From an uncultured Spirochaetota bacterium (GTDB lineage: Bacteria > Spirochaetota > Brevinematia > Brevinematales > JAOACQ01), in NCBI GenBank assembly GCA_963783575.1, contig CAWAOD010000005.1:96001-160000 (forward strand): a stretch of DNA of 64,000 nucleotides. Reading direction: 5' to 3'. The position numbers and the translations under genes were made by a program. Positions within the stretch are counted from its first letter, which is position 1. Each line of letters starts with the position of its first letter. Positions 19,459 through 29,893 of the stretch are shown here, in pieces. Below the pieces are notes generated by a model, which was not told the origin of the DNA, made no database searches, and worked only from the letters and a program-made list of their open reading frames with translations.

Positions 19459-21009
19459 TTATTTTTTGAAAAGTTTTTCTTCCTCATCCTGAACAATTGA
19501 AGAGGCGCTGTTTAACAGGTTACCGATCTGGTTCATAATATTATAGTATTTTGAATGAAGCGTATTTAATGAAAAAAGTCTCCTGACATTGGTACGGAAT
19601 TGCTGAAATGTTCCGTATTTGTTGATTTTATCGGGTTCATTCGAATCCGATGAAATAAGTTTTTTAATTTCTTCGATAAATCTCCTTCCAAGGTCTATCC
19701 TGATACCCTCCACCCTGAATGGATAATCACGGATAATTTTATTAATACGGTCATAAAGCCAATATGTGGAATCAACTATCATCTGATCCTGTACCCGTGG
19801 GTCTGAAGCGTCATTTACGATGATCTTACCGTTAAAAACGAAATTTGAAGTATTTGTTCTTCTTTTTGAGGATTCCTTATTGAATCCTTCAAATCCATTC
19901 TTAAAATTGGTGACCATGCCTTCTTTGCTGTATTCAGGAGACAGGTCGCTTTCCATGCTGATAAGAAATTTATCCAGAAGGTTCAGGATATCCAGCGCGG
20001 GCCTGCATTCTATTTTCGGCCAAAATTTTTCCTCTGAAATTTCTTTCTGTTTTGGTTCCTCTTTTATTTCCTCTTTATTTGGTTCCTCTTCTTTTATTTC
20101 TCTTTTGAATAGATTAAGTATCCAATCAAAAATCTTAGATAATAAAAAGGTTTCCGGCTGTTCCTGATCCAGAAGCCTGAATTCACCAGCTTCAATCGAT
20201 ATGATTTTACCTATTGATAACGCGGCCGGCTTTAATAAATCTATTGTAAAGCAAAATACCGCATCTCTTAAGATTTCCAGTAATTTATTGATAAGAGATA
20301 AAATCGGAGGATATTTTTCCAGTTGAATGGCAGCCAGGCCCATTTCGGAAGCAGTTTCCCGGAAACCGGATAAAAAATAGTAAAGTCCGCTGATAAACGA
20401 AATTAAATGGCCTGATTTCAATTGAGGAAGTTTTATGCTTAAAGCGTAATCATATAATTCACACACCAATATACATATTGAATGAAGTTTTTCAAGGTCC
20501 CGGAAATAGCTGACCAGCTGCTCAAGTTTATGTGCCGATTCCTTGGAATTATCGCTTCCCAGAGAATTGAAATAAATTTGAGTCTCGACTTTAACCGTTT
20601 CCAATAAAATTGTGACCGGTTCAATGGGTTTACCGATAATATTTAGAAAATAGGTTTGTTCCGGTGTCTTTATATCTTTAAAATACCCGATCAACAGCGA
20701 GCGGTCTATAAAATCGCCGGGAGTCAGCTTCGTAAACTGGGAGAATTGAAAACTGCCTTGGTCGATAAGAGGGGGGTATTTTTTTTTATGCTTACGATAA
20801 TCCAGTTTAAAAAAGAAATTCTTGAATATTAAAAACCGGTTCTCCTGGAAGAATAATTTTTTATAATATTCGAAAGAAAGATGATTGATAATTTTATGAG
20901 CCTCTTTAGTCAGCTTCAGTTCGTTATCAAAACTGAAAAATTGAAACTTGGCCTCATCCAGATTTATTTTTAAAATTTCATAGGGAGTTTCTTTCGGGCT
21001 TTCCGTCAT
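19459..21009 (-). CDS. Hypothetical protein
   Basis: Long ORF; probable start MTESPK after AAGGAAGG; no recognisable domain. Confidence 0.7.
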   Translation of the reverse strand: MTESPKETPYEILKINLDEAKFQFFSFDNELKLTKEAHKIINHLSFEYYKKLFFQENRFLIFKNFFFKLDYRKHKKKYPPLIDQGSFQFSQFTKLTPGDFIDRSLLIGYFKDIKTPEQTYFLNIIGKPIEPVTILLETVKVETQIYFNSLGSDNSKESAHKLEQLVSYFRDLEKLHSICILVCELYDYALSIKLPQLKSGHLISFISGLYYFLSGFRETASEMGLAAIQLEKYPPILSLINKLLEILRDAVFCFTIDLLKPAALSIGKIISIEAGEFRLLDQEQPETFLLSKIFDWILNLFKREIKEEEPNKEEIKEEPKQKEISEEKFWPKIECRPALDILNLLDKFLISMESDLSPEYSKEGMVTNFKNGFEGFNKESSKRRTNTSNFVFNGKIIVNDASDPRVQDQMIVDSTYWLYDRINKIIRDYPFRVEGIRIDLGRRFIEEIKKLISSDSNEPDKINKYGTFQQFRTNVRRLFSLNTLHSKYYNIMNQIGNLLNSASSIVQDEEEKLFKK

Positions 21010-21209
21010 ATAAAAACATCCTTCCTTGAAAAGGAAAATAAATAAGAGGAACTTTCCTGGTTTTTGAACTGCCCAAATATTATTTTCATTCATTATACAC
21101 TATTCGGAAATAAAAACAAATAAATTTTTTTATATTTTTTTGTCATTTTTTATTAGTTTAATTATTATTGTTTTATAGTCAATAAAAGTATTGGCTAAAA
21201 GGAAGAATA

Positions 21210-21896
21210 ATGAAAAGAATTATAATGACTTTACTTATTGCCGTATTTGCTTTATCTATTATTCAGGCTAAGAATGTCAATATTATTATGAAGGACGGCA
21301 CGGTTTTAAAAGGCGATCTCATAGGCAAGACTTCGGAAGAAGTTTATATTCAGGACACTAACAGCAAGTCGGTTGAAGTAAAGGTAAGCGATATCAAATC
21401 GCTTTTTGACTCGGACACGGGCGATCAGATAAATCTGGCCGGCGACACGGCAGCTCCAAATTCAAATCAGCCCAATACGGCAGATACCAATGTTGTTATT
21501 TCCCAACCGGATGTAGCGGTAATTCCAAATACATACGTTTATTATTATTCGTATGATAATTACGACTGTTTCTATTATGCGGGTTACTGGTGGAGGCCAT
21601 GGCACAGGGTTTGGTACAGGTCTGCGGCTTACAACGGCGGATGGGTATTAATAAGCCCGGAATATGTACCGTACAATGTCATGCATCTGCCCCCAAGGTG
21701 GAGGGATGGAATTGCAATTGCCCCGAGGATAGGCTGGGGAGATGTGCGATACCACTGGCAGGAATGGGAAAGGACAAGGTATTGGAGTAAAGTCGGCTGG
21801 AGAAGGGAAGAAGTAATAAGGCAGAATAATAGGGCGGTTGTTAGGGATAAACGTACCGGTGAAAACAAAAAGAAAAAAGAATCAGATAGAAAATAA
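21210..21896 (+). CDS. Secreted hypothetical protein with Trp/Tyr/Arg-rich C-terminal region
   Basis: Signal peptide; MKDGTVLKGDLI domain; YWWRPWHRVWY segment. Confidence 0.7.
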   Translation: MKRIIMTLLIAVFALSIIQAKNVNIIMKDGTVLKGDLIGKTSEEVYIQDTNSKSVEVKVSDIKSLFDSDTGDQINLAGDTAAPNSNQPNTADTNVVISQPDVAVIPNTYVYYYSYDNYDCFYYAGYWWRPWHRVWYRSAAYNGGWVLISPEYVPYNVMHLPPRWRDGIAIAPRIGWGDVRYHWQEWERTRYWSKVGWRREEVIRQNNRAVVRDKRTGENKKKKESDRK

Positions 21897-21923
21897 TTTT
21901 GACTGGTTTAACAGCCATTCTGT

Positions 21924-22262
21924 TTATTTATTGCTAATGAGAATTACGTTTGATAGATGGGCTTCGTAGTGTTTATACTTGTGATTGGGCGTTTCCAGTT
22001 TGATTATGTATAAATCACCGTGTACCCTTATAATATTACCGATAAACTTAGTTTCAGTTTTTTTCTTATCTTTAGGAAGATAAAAATCAATTCCGTTTGT
22101 ATCGGATACCACGAGCCGGGTAAACGGTTCACTGCCGACCAGCCTTAATATACCCTGAACATCTATTTTTTGACCGTTTTTATATTTGCTAAGCTTGTTT
22201 GGGTTACTGCTCATTCCTAGTGATAATAGTAAAATGATTAATAATAAAAATATTTTATACAT
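21924..22262 (-). CDS. Hypothetical exported protein
   Basis: Signal-like N-terminus; GILRLVGSEPF motif. Confidence 0.65.
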   Translation of the reverse strand: MYKIFLLLIILLLSLGMSSNPNKLSKYKNGQKIDVQGILRLVGSEPFTRLVVSDTNGIDFYLPKDKKKTETKFIGNIIRVHGDLYIIKLETPNHKYKHYEAHLSNVILISNK

Positions 22263-22299
22263 AGCTATCTCCGAAGTTAAACAAGAGTTCCAGAATATA

Positions 22300-23772
22300 C
22301 TATTGATGGCTGTTAGAATTTGGAACGATTAAGGTTCCGGCAGGCTTTATTTTAATGAGCTTGCCGCTTGTTTGCGGTTTTTTCCCGTTTCTGCCTACTA
22401 TAAAATCAATAGGGAAATGCCTCCCGGTACCGTCAGAAATAATTGAATAAGTTTTATCCATAAGAATGCCTGAAGCCGAAACGATACTTGCATTCGGCAA
22501 ACCGCTGACGGGTATACCGGAATCGCTTAAATTCGCATCGACATTGTAAGCCAGTAAAATGTTTCCGCTGTAACTTGTCCCGTTTGTATCGGCAGCGTTA
22601 TTTGATTGATTTATTCCGGCATAATAAATATTTACAATGGCCGTAGGGTTAACAGAACCTGTCCCGGAACTGCTTATCAAAGAATATATGCCGCTGCCCG
22701 GGGCTATATTGGCCGAAGTATGGGAATATATCGGCGGTATAACCGAAATGGCATTTGAATAACCCCACAAGCCGCCGCTTTCGCATAAAGCGTTCGCTAT
22801 ATACCAGTTCCCAAGGATTGTCTGCCAGTTCGCAGAGGATAATGAAGAAATATTGCTATTAACAGCGGAGACTACAGCCGTATAATCGGGGGCAGGATTG
22901 TCCCGGATGGTACGCAGGATTGGCGTATTATTCGCCAGAGAACCGCCCGATTGGATGCGGAGCCATTGAAAGAAAAGAAAATCGGTTACATAGTTCTCGT
23001 ATATCTCAGACCATGAGTAAAAACTTGTGCCGGCTGCAATAAGTCTGTTATAAGAGGTATTGTTATAATATGAAACCCTGTCGTCGTTTCCCGGTAAAAG
23101 ATTCTTCGATAATTCGTAAAGCCCTTCGGTGGAAACTGAAAGTCCTTCATTAATCCAGGTATCCTCTTCGGACCATGCATGAACCATAACTCTTTGATAA
23201 TAATTGATCATATGCTGAAGTTCATGCGCTGTAGTTTGATCGAACAATTCGTTTCCGGGGGTAGTCGCCGGAATGCCCGGAACATTATTCATATAAATCA
23301 TATTTTTCCCGTTTTGCCCCTCCTGTCCGGAGTATAATTGATTGAAATCAAAAAAACCGGCAAAATAACTTCCGTTGCCCAGGCTGCCCCCGGGAATATC
23401 ATATATAAGAATGGTCACCTTTCCCGTATTATCAACATCCGGGATGCTTCCATAAATGCCGGTATCCAGATTATAAACGTTAGTGTCGAATTCCTGTCCC
23501 GTATTGCTTATCTCTTGTAATGTTACATAATTGAGTGAATTATCATCTACATAAACCAGGCAATGTGCCCCGGAATAAAGCAGCTGCGCCGTGAGCTGAT
23601 AATAAAAAAGGTTATTAGGGTCAGTCATATCTAGCGCCCAGAATGTTCCTGGCCCCATAGACCCGCTGTTGGAACTGCTGCTGTTTTGATAAGGTGAACA
23701 TGAGAATATACCTAAAATTTCGAAAACAAACAACACTAAAATAGAAAATGACTTTAAACCTGGAATTTTCAT
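22300..23772 (-). CDS. Lipoprotein zinc metallopeptidase (M30/hyicolysin-like)
   Basis: Lipobox IFSC; TTAHELQHMINY and WINEGLS motifs. Confidence 0.75.
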   Translation of the reverse strand: MKIPGLKSFSILVLFVFEILGIFSCSPYQNSSSSNSGSMGPGTFWALDMTDPNNLFYYQLTAQLLYSGAHCLVYVDDNSLNYVTLQEISNTGQEFDTNVYNLDTGIYGSIPDVDNTGKVTILIYDIPGGSLGNGSYFAGFFDFNQLYSGQEGQNGKNMIYMNNVPGIPATTPGNELFDQTTAHELQHMINYYQRVMVHAWSEEDTWINEGLSVSTEGLYELSKNLLPGNDDRVSYYNNTSYNRLIAAGTSFYSWSEIYENYVTDFLFFQWLRIQSGGSLANNTPILRTIRDNPAPDYTAVVSAVNSNISSLSSANWQTILGNWYIANALCESGGLWGYSNAISVIPPIYSHTSANIAPGSGIYSLISSSGTGSVNPTAIVNIYYAGINQSNNAADTNGTSYSGNILLAYNVDANLSDSGIPVSGLPNASIVSASGILMDKTYSIISDGTGRHFPIDFIVGRNGKKPQTSGKLIKIKPAGTLIVPNSNSHQ

Positions 23773-24028
23773 ATTTCCGCCTAATAATTATTATAATAAG
23801 CTTAATGTTTTCCCGAAAAAAAATCAAAAAAGAAGTTGTAAGTACAAAAAAGTTAATAACAATAATAAGAAAAAGGAGTGAAAATGTTTTTAAATAAAAT
23901 ATAAGAGGGATTAAAATGATATCGGTAGTTCTTTATCCTTTTAATAATAAAGCAATTTAAAATTCAGTTAATTGACAATTCCAGAAAGTGTTATTACAAT
24001 TTTTCTTATTAACAATAAGGAGAACAAA

Positions 24029-24826
24029 ATGAAAGCATTGAAATTTATTGCTGCTATTATGTTTTTAGTTTTCGCTATTTCAGCGTCTTATGCGCAAACT
24101 TATTACATGGCAAATCTTATGAACTCTTCCCAGAGTGCAACGGTGACGGTTAACGGCTATCCTCTTGTTACTTCATCGCAGTTGCAGGATGTGTCATCTT
24201 CTGCGCCAATGAATCTCTGGATATGGAAAGGAGCCAATACCGTAAAAATCCACCTTGAAGCCAGGGATTCAAAGCATAGTCCTTCTCTGAGCGTTGCAAT
24301 TATAAAACAAACATCAGATCAAAAAGAAACGAGCCTGGTTAAATTCGTTTACCCGGCTAAAAATGAAAAGCCGGTTTACCCTTATGATAAAACCATCACA
24401 TTTGATCTTGCAGATGATACCCCTTCTGGTTTCTGGGGAGAGGCCGAACCGATAGTTCTTGACAACGCTTCTAAAAGCAATGCGGGAGATATTGTAGTAC
24501 AGATTTTTAACGCTTTTCAAAAAAAGGACCTGAAAAAACTGCATGAGTTGAGAGATTACCAATTGAAAGATATGGCTAAGACCTTCGGTCAGAATGTTGA
24601 AAATTTATCGAAAAGTTTTGATGAGGATATTACCGAAGCTTTTGGCAGTAAAGATTTCAAGCCGGTCCCTTTCAAAAAGGATGATTTAAACTTTAACCTG
24701 CTGGAAAACGGGAAGGTTATCATGATTACGCTTAAAGACGGAACTACTCCATTGTCATTCGGTTCTTTCAGCATCAAAGATGTTTTTATAGGGAAAGTTA
24801 AAGGAAAATATCTCCTGGTAAGATGA
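24029..24826 (+). CDS. Secreted hypothetical protein
   Basis: AAGGAG RBS; signal peptide MKALKFIAAIMFLVFAISASYA. Confidence 0.7.
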   Translation: MKALKFIAAIMFLVFAISASYAQTYYMANLMNSSQSATVTVNGYPLVTSSQLQDVSSSAPMNLWIWKGANTVKIHLEARDSKHSPSLSVAIIKQTSDQKETSLVKFVYPAKNEKPVYPYDKTITFDLADDTPSGFWGEAEPIVLDNASKSNAGDIVVQIFNAFQKKDLKKLHELRDYQLKDMAKTFGQNVENLSKSFDEDITEAFGSKDFKPVPFKKDDLNFNLLENGKVIMITLKDGTTPLSFGSFSIKDVFIGKVKGKYLLVR

Positions 24827-24856
24827 GAGCATTCTATTCGAGAATTTACATAAAAT

Positions 24857-24894
24857 ATGGGCAATTCCAAAAAGTCATTTTTGGAATTGCCCAT
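24857..24894 (+). terminator. Strong hairpin, probable terminator
   Basis: Perfect 17-bp stem ATGGGCAATTCCAAAAA / TTTTTGGAATTGCCCAT after the stop codon. Confidence 0.6.
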
Positions 24895-24964
24895 CCCATA
24901 ACTTGTTATCCTGCCTTAATAACTCCTGAGATGTTTTTCAACAAGCGTGCCGCTTGACCCGGGT

Positions 24965-25059
24965 ATGATTCCCCGCAGTTTACTGCGTTAACTATCAAGT
25001 TGGCTTTACGCTATTCTGTATTAATAATACCCCGCAGCTTGCTGCGGGGATAGTTTATT
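24965..25059. mobile_element. Small palindrome-associated non-autonomous element (IS200/IS605- or REP-like)
   Basis: Two related palindromes CCCCGCAGTTTACTGCG and ATACCCCGCAGCTTGCTGCGGGGAT ~60 bp apart, no ORF. Confidence 0.5.
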
Positions 25060-25221
25060 CAAAATTTTGGATATTATATTCTTATGTTTGACATAGAGTA
25101 ATCATTTTACTATAATAATAAAACCTTTATGCAATATCCGGTAAAATTATTTTTCTAAATAAAATGATCGGCCTGCTTCAAATAAAAGGATTAATTCAGA
25201 TTTTATCCGTGGGGGGTATAT

Positions 25222-26886
25222 TTGAATATAGATATACGTACGCTCACCTTAATATTAAGTATTACAGATGCGCTTCTGGTTGGCGTATTTTTTTTCCAGT
25301 TTATATTAAATAATAACTTTCGGGGTCAAGGCTGGTGGGTTTTGGGGCTGGCCTCTCTGTCCATCGGCGTTTTTTTATTACTGATGCGTGATTTTATTAC
25401 CATCAGGTTTATTTATATTATACTCGCAAATTCAATGATTATTATGGGCGGGATATTTCTCTATATCGGTATTATGCGGTTTCTCGAAAAAAAAGAAAAC
25501 CTCCGGCTAATTTTATCAGTAATGATCTTGTTTCTATCATCATATTTTTATTTTACTTATGTGAACGATAATATATCTGTCAGGACTGGATTTCTGTCCG
25601 CCGCTATTGCTATTCTGGCATTATTCGGAGCGCAGAGTCTTTTAACATATAAAACACGATATATTAAAGCTTCCGCCTTCTTCAACGCGGTTGTTTTTCT
25701 ATCGTACGGATGTTTAATCGTGATCCGGGCTGTAGTAGTGCTGACCTATATTCCTGTAACCAACATTTTTACGCCGGGCCTGATGCAGACGGCTTTTTTT
25801 TTGGGAACGTTTATCTACCATATCATTTTAACATTTGGGCTTATTATTATGGTCAACCAGCGGTTAAATGGGGAAATGCGGGAAGCAAGGAATGAACAGC
25901 GGCTCATTTTCAACAGCAGCCCGGGTGCAGCTCTTATAACCCGCCTGAGTGATGGTATTTATGTAGACAGCAATGATAAATTCACCGAATTGACAGGTTA
26001 TAAAAGGGAAGAATTGGTTGGAACATCGAGTCTGGAAATCAATTTCTGGGAAAAACCGGCCGAAAGAGATATATTTACCAATGAATTGCGTAAAAATGGA
26101 TTTTGCAAAAATATGGAAGCCAGTCTTCATCGGAAAGACGGCATGGTCACTACTGCAATTATGTCTGCGAATATTATTACTCTTCAGGGCATTCCGCATA
26201 TCTTGAGCATTACGAGCGACATTTCGGAAAGGAAGCGGGAAGAAGAACAGATACAATCCCTCCTTAAGGACAAAGAATTACTGCTGAAAGAAGTTCATCA
26301 TCGCGTTAAAAACAATATGAATACTATAAACAGTCTCCTTTATCTGCAGTCGAATAATTTAAAAGAGCCTTCAGCCGTCGCCGCATTGCATGACGCAGCA
26401 AGCCGTGTTCAAAGTATGGCAATACTCTATGATAAACTTTACCAGTCCTCAAACTTTAAATCTATGTCTATCAGCAATTATCTTACACCTTTGATCGAAG
26501 ATATTGTTAGTTATTTTCCTAAAAACATCCCTGTTAAAATAGAAAAAAATATTGGTGATTTTCAGCTTCCGGCTGAAACCTTATTTCCGCTTGGAATCAT
26601 CACAAATGAACTTATTACAAATATTATGAAGTATGCGTTCGCTGGCAGAGATGACCGCTTGATTACGGTCTCCGCTGAACAAAACAAGGATCAAACCAAA
26701 ATCATAATCAAAGATAATGGAATAGGAATTTCCAAGGATTTCAACCCTAAAAATTTTAATCCGGAAAACTCAACCGGTTTCGGGTTAAAACTTGTCGGAT
26801 TATTAACCAAACAATTGGAAGGTACTTTACGGATAGAATCAGACAATGGGACAAAATTTATTCTGGAATTTGATACTCCAAAATAA
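25222..26886 (+). CDS. Membrane-bound PAS sensor histidine kinase (HisKA_2 type)
   Basis: Multiple TMs, PAS, LLKEVHHRVKNN H-box, NELITN, DNGIG, GFGL. Confidence 0.9.
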   Translation: MNIDIRTLTLILSITDALLVGVFFFQFILNNNFRGQGWWVLGLASLSIGVFLLLMRDFITIRFIYIILANSMIIMGGIFLYIGIMRFLEKKENLRLILSVMILFLSSYFYFTYVNDNISVRTGFLSAAIAILALFGAQSLLTYKTRYIKASAFFNAVVFLSYGCLIVIRAVVVLTYIPVTNIFTPGLMQTAFFLGTFIYHIILTFGLIIMVNQRLNGEMREARNEQRLIFNSSPGAALITRLSDGIYVDSNDKFTELTGYKREELVGTSSLEINFWEKPAERDIFTNELRKNGFCKNMEASLHRKDGMVTTAIMSANIITLQGIPHILSITSDISERKREEEQIQSLLKDKELLLKEVHHRVKNNMNTINSLLYLQSNNLKEPSAVAALHDAASRVQSMAILYDKLYQSSNFKSMSISNYLTPLIEDIVSYFPKNIPVKIEKNIGDFQLPAETLFPLGIITNELITNIMKYAFAGRDDRLITVSAEQNKDQTKIIIKDNGIGISKDFNPKNFNPENSTGFGLKLVGLLTKQLEGTLRIESDNGTKFILEFDTPK

Positions 26887-26952
26887 TGGCACGGCTCATA
26901 AAAACCGGTGGTTTTGTTTACTGGTTTTAATATTGAGTAATTACACAATTAC

Positions 26953-28440
26953 TTATTCAAGTGCGGCTTCATGCTGTTTACTGTAGATTCTCTTAATAGT
27001 CCTGATAAATTCATCGCCTTCAATAAGATTTGTAATTTTCAATAAGAAATGGGTCACCGCATCTTCCCTTACGCCGGAAATGCTGTATATTTCAACATTC
27101 TGAGGTTTGACTTCATAGCTGTTCATTATCACTTCCATATCGGTCAATTTACTGAAAGGCACAGGCTCAATATGACGGTAAAAAACCACAAAAAAAACAC
27201 CCTTTGAATATACATAAAAGTCCTGGTGTTTATACATCAGGTTGAAATGATGCCGCGACAGAATTTTATTGCAGACGGAATCGAAGTTTTTATCCTCGTT
27301 TTCCTCGTTGCTTGTAAAATAATTTGCCAGGTAGCTGTGTGGAATAATTTTTTTAAATCTTTCATACATTATTCCGGAATCTTTGTAATCGGGTTTCATC
27401 ATATAAACCCTTTCAAAATTCTTAAGGGCTGAGAATTCCTCGCCTGTATTCCACAAAAGATTTGCGTATAAATACATTAGCTCGGTTTTTGTCTCCTCGC
27501 TTGACGGTTTGGACAGGTAATCCGAGACATAACGTATTCCAGTGTTATAGTCCTTAATTTTAATGAATAAGTTTATAATGGCGATCTGGCAGTTTTCCTT
27601 GATTTTTACCGGGTTATTATTTTCTTCCTGGTTGTTGATATCTGTTGTGCCGGTTTTAATTTCTTCCTGCCAATCCCTTGCAAGAATATTCTGATATGTT
27701 TCCTTGGCTTCGCGGTATTTTTTAAGGCTTTCAAGAGTTTTTGCCTTATAGTAAAATACCTCAATATTATTGGAATCGTATTTTTCAAGCAATTCGAATT
27801 GTTTTAACGCGCTACCGTGGCTCCCGTTCTCGAAAAGTATTTTTCCATACAGAAACCTGGCATCAATCAGCCCGCCTCTTTTACTTAAAAGTTTTTCAAG
27901 ATATTCCCTGGCTTTTTTAAGATTTTTGTTTTTGTATTGGATCCGGGCAAGGTCATATAATGTTTCGCAATGGTTTTCATCATGTTCCAGAAGCATCAGG
28001 TAATATGACAGCGCTTCTTTCGGCTTGTCCAGGAGACTGTAAATCCTGGCGATGTGAAGCAGGATTGATATATATAATTTCTTGTTGTTTACGGCAAGGA
28101 CGCTTGCCTCAATATAATATTTCAGCGCTAACGAAAGGGATTCCGTGGATTCGTAAGCCTGGGCCAGATAATATAAAACAAAGAGCAGGTCGGCTTTCTG
28201 GCGGGCCGGTTTGTTACCAATATAATCTTTAGCCGTTTTTATTACCTCGGAATACTGCTTGTTTCTTAATTTCCGTCCAAGCTGCCTTTCAATGGATTGC
28301 ATAAAGAACATTGATCTTATTACAATAAATATAATTCCTGCAAGCAGTAATGCGATTATGGAAAAAATTATTATCAGAAGATCGTCTTCAATCTTTAATT
28401 GACTGAGCGCGGCCGGCAAACCGGATATATTTTCATTCAT
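26953..28440 (-). CDS. Membrane-anchored tetratricopeptide repeat protein
   Basis: N-terminal TM and multiple TPR-like helical repeats. Confidence 0.8.
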   Translation of the reverse strand: MNENISGLPAALSQLKIEDDLLIIIFSIIALLLAGIIFIVIRSMFFMQSIERQLGRKLRNKQYSEVIKTAKDYIGNKPARQKADLLFVLYYLAQAYESTESLSLALKYYIEASVLAVNNKKLYISILLHIARIYSLLDKPKEALSYYLMLLEHDENHCETLYDLARIQYKNKNLKKAREYLEKLLSKRGGLIDARFLYGKILFENGSHGSALKQFELLEKYDSNNIEVFYYKAKTLESLKKYREAKETYQNILARDWQEEIKTGTTDINNQEENNNPVKIKENCQIAIINLFIKIKDYNTGIRYVSDYLSKPSSEETKTELMYLYANLLWNTGEEFSALKNFERVYMMKPDYKDSGIMYERFKKIIPHSYLANYFTSNEENEDKNFDSVCNKILSRHHFNLMYKHQDFYVYSKGVFFVVFYRHIEPVPFSKLTDMEVIMNSYEVKPQNVEIYSISGVREDAVTHFLLKITNLIEGDEFIRTIKRIYSKQHEAALE

Positions 28441-29168
28441 AATAATCCTTCCCAAATGCGGGTAAGGTTTGTTTTATTGATCCAGCCTTCATGTCCGTCT
28501 ATTGTATTTATAAGATAGTAATCGCTGCTGGCTTTTTTTATAACGCATTCAAGACCGGCTGCCGCATCATTGATTTTAATGGAATTTTCTTCCGGCCTTT
28601 CCTGAAGTATTGAATCATTTATTAAAACTGCGTTCTTATTATCAAATGTAACATTATACCTTACAATTGCAGAAAGAATAAAAATAATGCCTAAAATGAA
28701 GAATATCAAAGAAAAGATCATTACCTGTTTTTGATGATTTTCTAAGAGTATGATTGTAAACCGGCCCAGAATAACTGATAATCCGCAACTTCCGGTCAAT
28801 AAAAAAAGCAGCCCGATGAATCCCGTCCAATTTATATTCAATATGAGAAATGGAAACAAAACAGCCTGTTCCAGCGGCGACAAATCCATAAGGTATGGCG
28901 GTATGCCAATTGAATCCCTGTAAGCGTTTAGCTGGTTTTTAATATCTTTGCTATAAGGATTTAAAAGGTTTGCGCGACGGAGATTGAGTATTGCCAACCC
29001 TTTATTACCGGCATCGCCGTATAGAATTCCGAGATTGTAATAAATTCTGTCGTCTTTAAATAATTTTGCCAGTTTTTCAAGCTGTGGTATTTCATAAGTT
29101 TTTTGTTCCTGGCCGAATACAATGTTTCCTATAAATAAAATCAATGATAAAATTATAATTTTCTTCAT
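28437..29168 (-). CDS. BatE-like TPR/SH3 membrane protein
   Basis: IYYNLGILY...AILNLRRANLLNP; C-terminal DGHEGWI. Confidence 0.7.
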   Translation of the reverse strand: MKKIIILSLILFIGNIVFGQEQKTYEIPQLEKLAKLFKDDRIYYNLGILYGDAGNKGLAILNLRRANLLNPYSKDIKNQLNAYRDSIGIPPYLMDLSPLEQAVLFPFLILNINWTGFIGLLFLLTGSCGLSVILGRFTIILLENHQKQVMIFSLIFFILGIIFILSAIVRYNVTFDNKNAVLINDSILQERPEENSIKINDAAAGLECVIKKASSDYYLINTIDGHEGWINKTNLTRIWEGLL

Positions 29169-29893
29169 TCCTGGCTTCCCCTTTCGTTTTGATTTAAAAG
29201 ACTTTCAGTATAGTTTTTTAATTTAATTTTGGCGTTTTTAATTGATTCAATCAGTGACGCCTCGGGATTTTCACAAATTTCACCGTGGCCCGGGAACATT
29301 CTTCTGGTTTTATAAGTATTGAGCCTTTCAAGGGAATTTATATAATCGCCGTAGCTGCCTGAATCTGATATCTTTGAAATAACGCCGTTTGCGAAAACAG
29401 TGTCGCCTGTGAACATAAATCTCTTAAACGGCTCATACAAACAAATACAGCCCGAGGTATGCCCGGGAGTATGAAGTACCTTGAGCTTATAATTGCCGAA
29501 GTCAAATAAAACCCTTGTTTCAAGCCAGATGTTGATTCTGGTTTTTATTGTTTCTTCTCCATGGATTGCGGCGTGTATAACGTATTCATCCTGAAGTTCG
29601 ATTTTGGTAGCGGCAAAGCGGTCGGCCGCGAGCATTGCCGTTTCGTAGAAAAAGCCGATCCCGCCGATATGATCGTAATGCTCATGGGTGCAAATTACCA
29701 GGTGAATATCGCTTATCTTTAAACCTACTTTTGAAATTGATTGTACAATATTGTTGAAATTACTTCGCGTACCTGTATCTACGAGCAGATTTTTGTAAAG
29801 GCCTTTAATTAAATAGGCGTGGGAACTGGGTTTATTGCCATATATTATAAAAATATTTTCTTCAATCTCGTCTAATAATTTATCCCCTGGCAT
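29165..29893 (-). CDS. MBL-fold metallo-hydrolase
   Basis: THEHYDHIGG, HTPGHT, FTGD, PGHG. Confidence 0.9.
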   Translation of the reverse strand: MPGDKLLDEIEENIFIIYGNKPSSHAYLIKGLYKNLLVDTGTRSNFNNIVQSISKVGLKISDIHLVICTHEHYDHIGGIGFFYETAMLAADRFAATKIELQDEYVIHAAIHGEETIKTRINIWLETRVLFDFGNYKLKVLHTPGHTSGCICLYEPFKRFMFTGDTVFANGVISKISDSGSYGDYINSLERLNTYKTRRMFPGHGEICENPEASLIESIKNAKIKLKNYTESLLNQNERGSQE

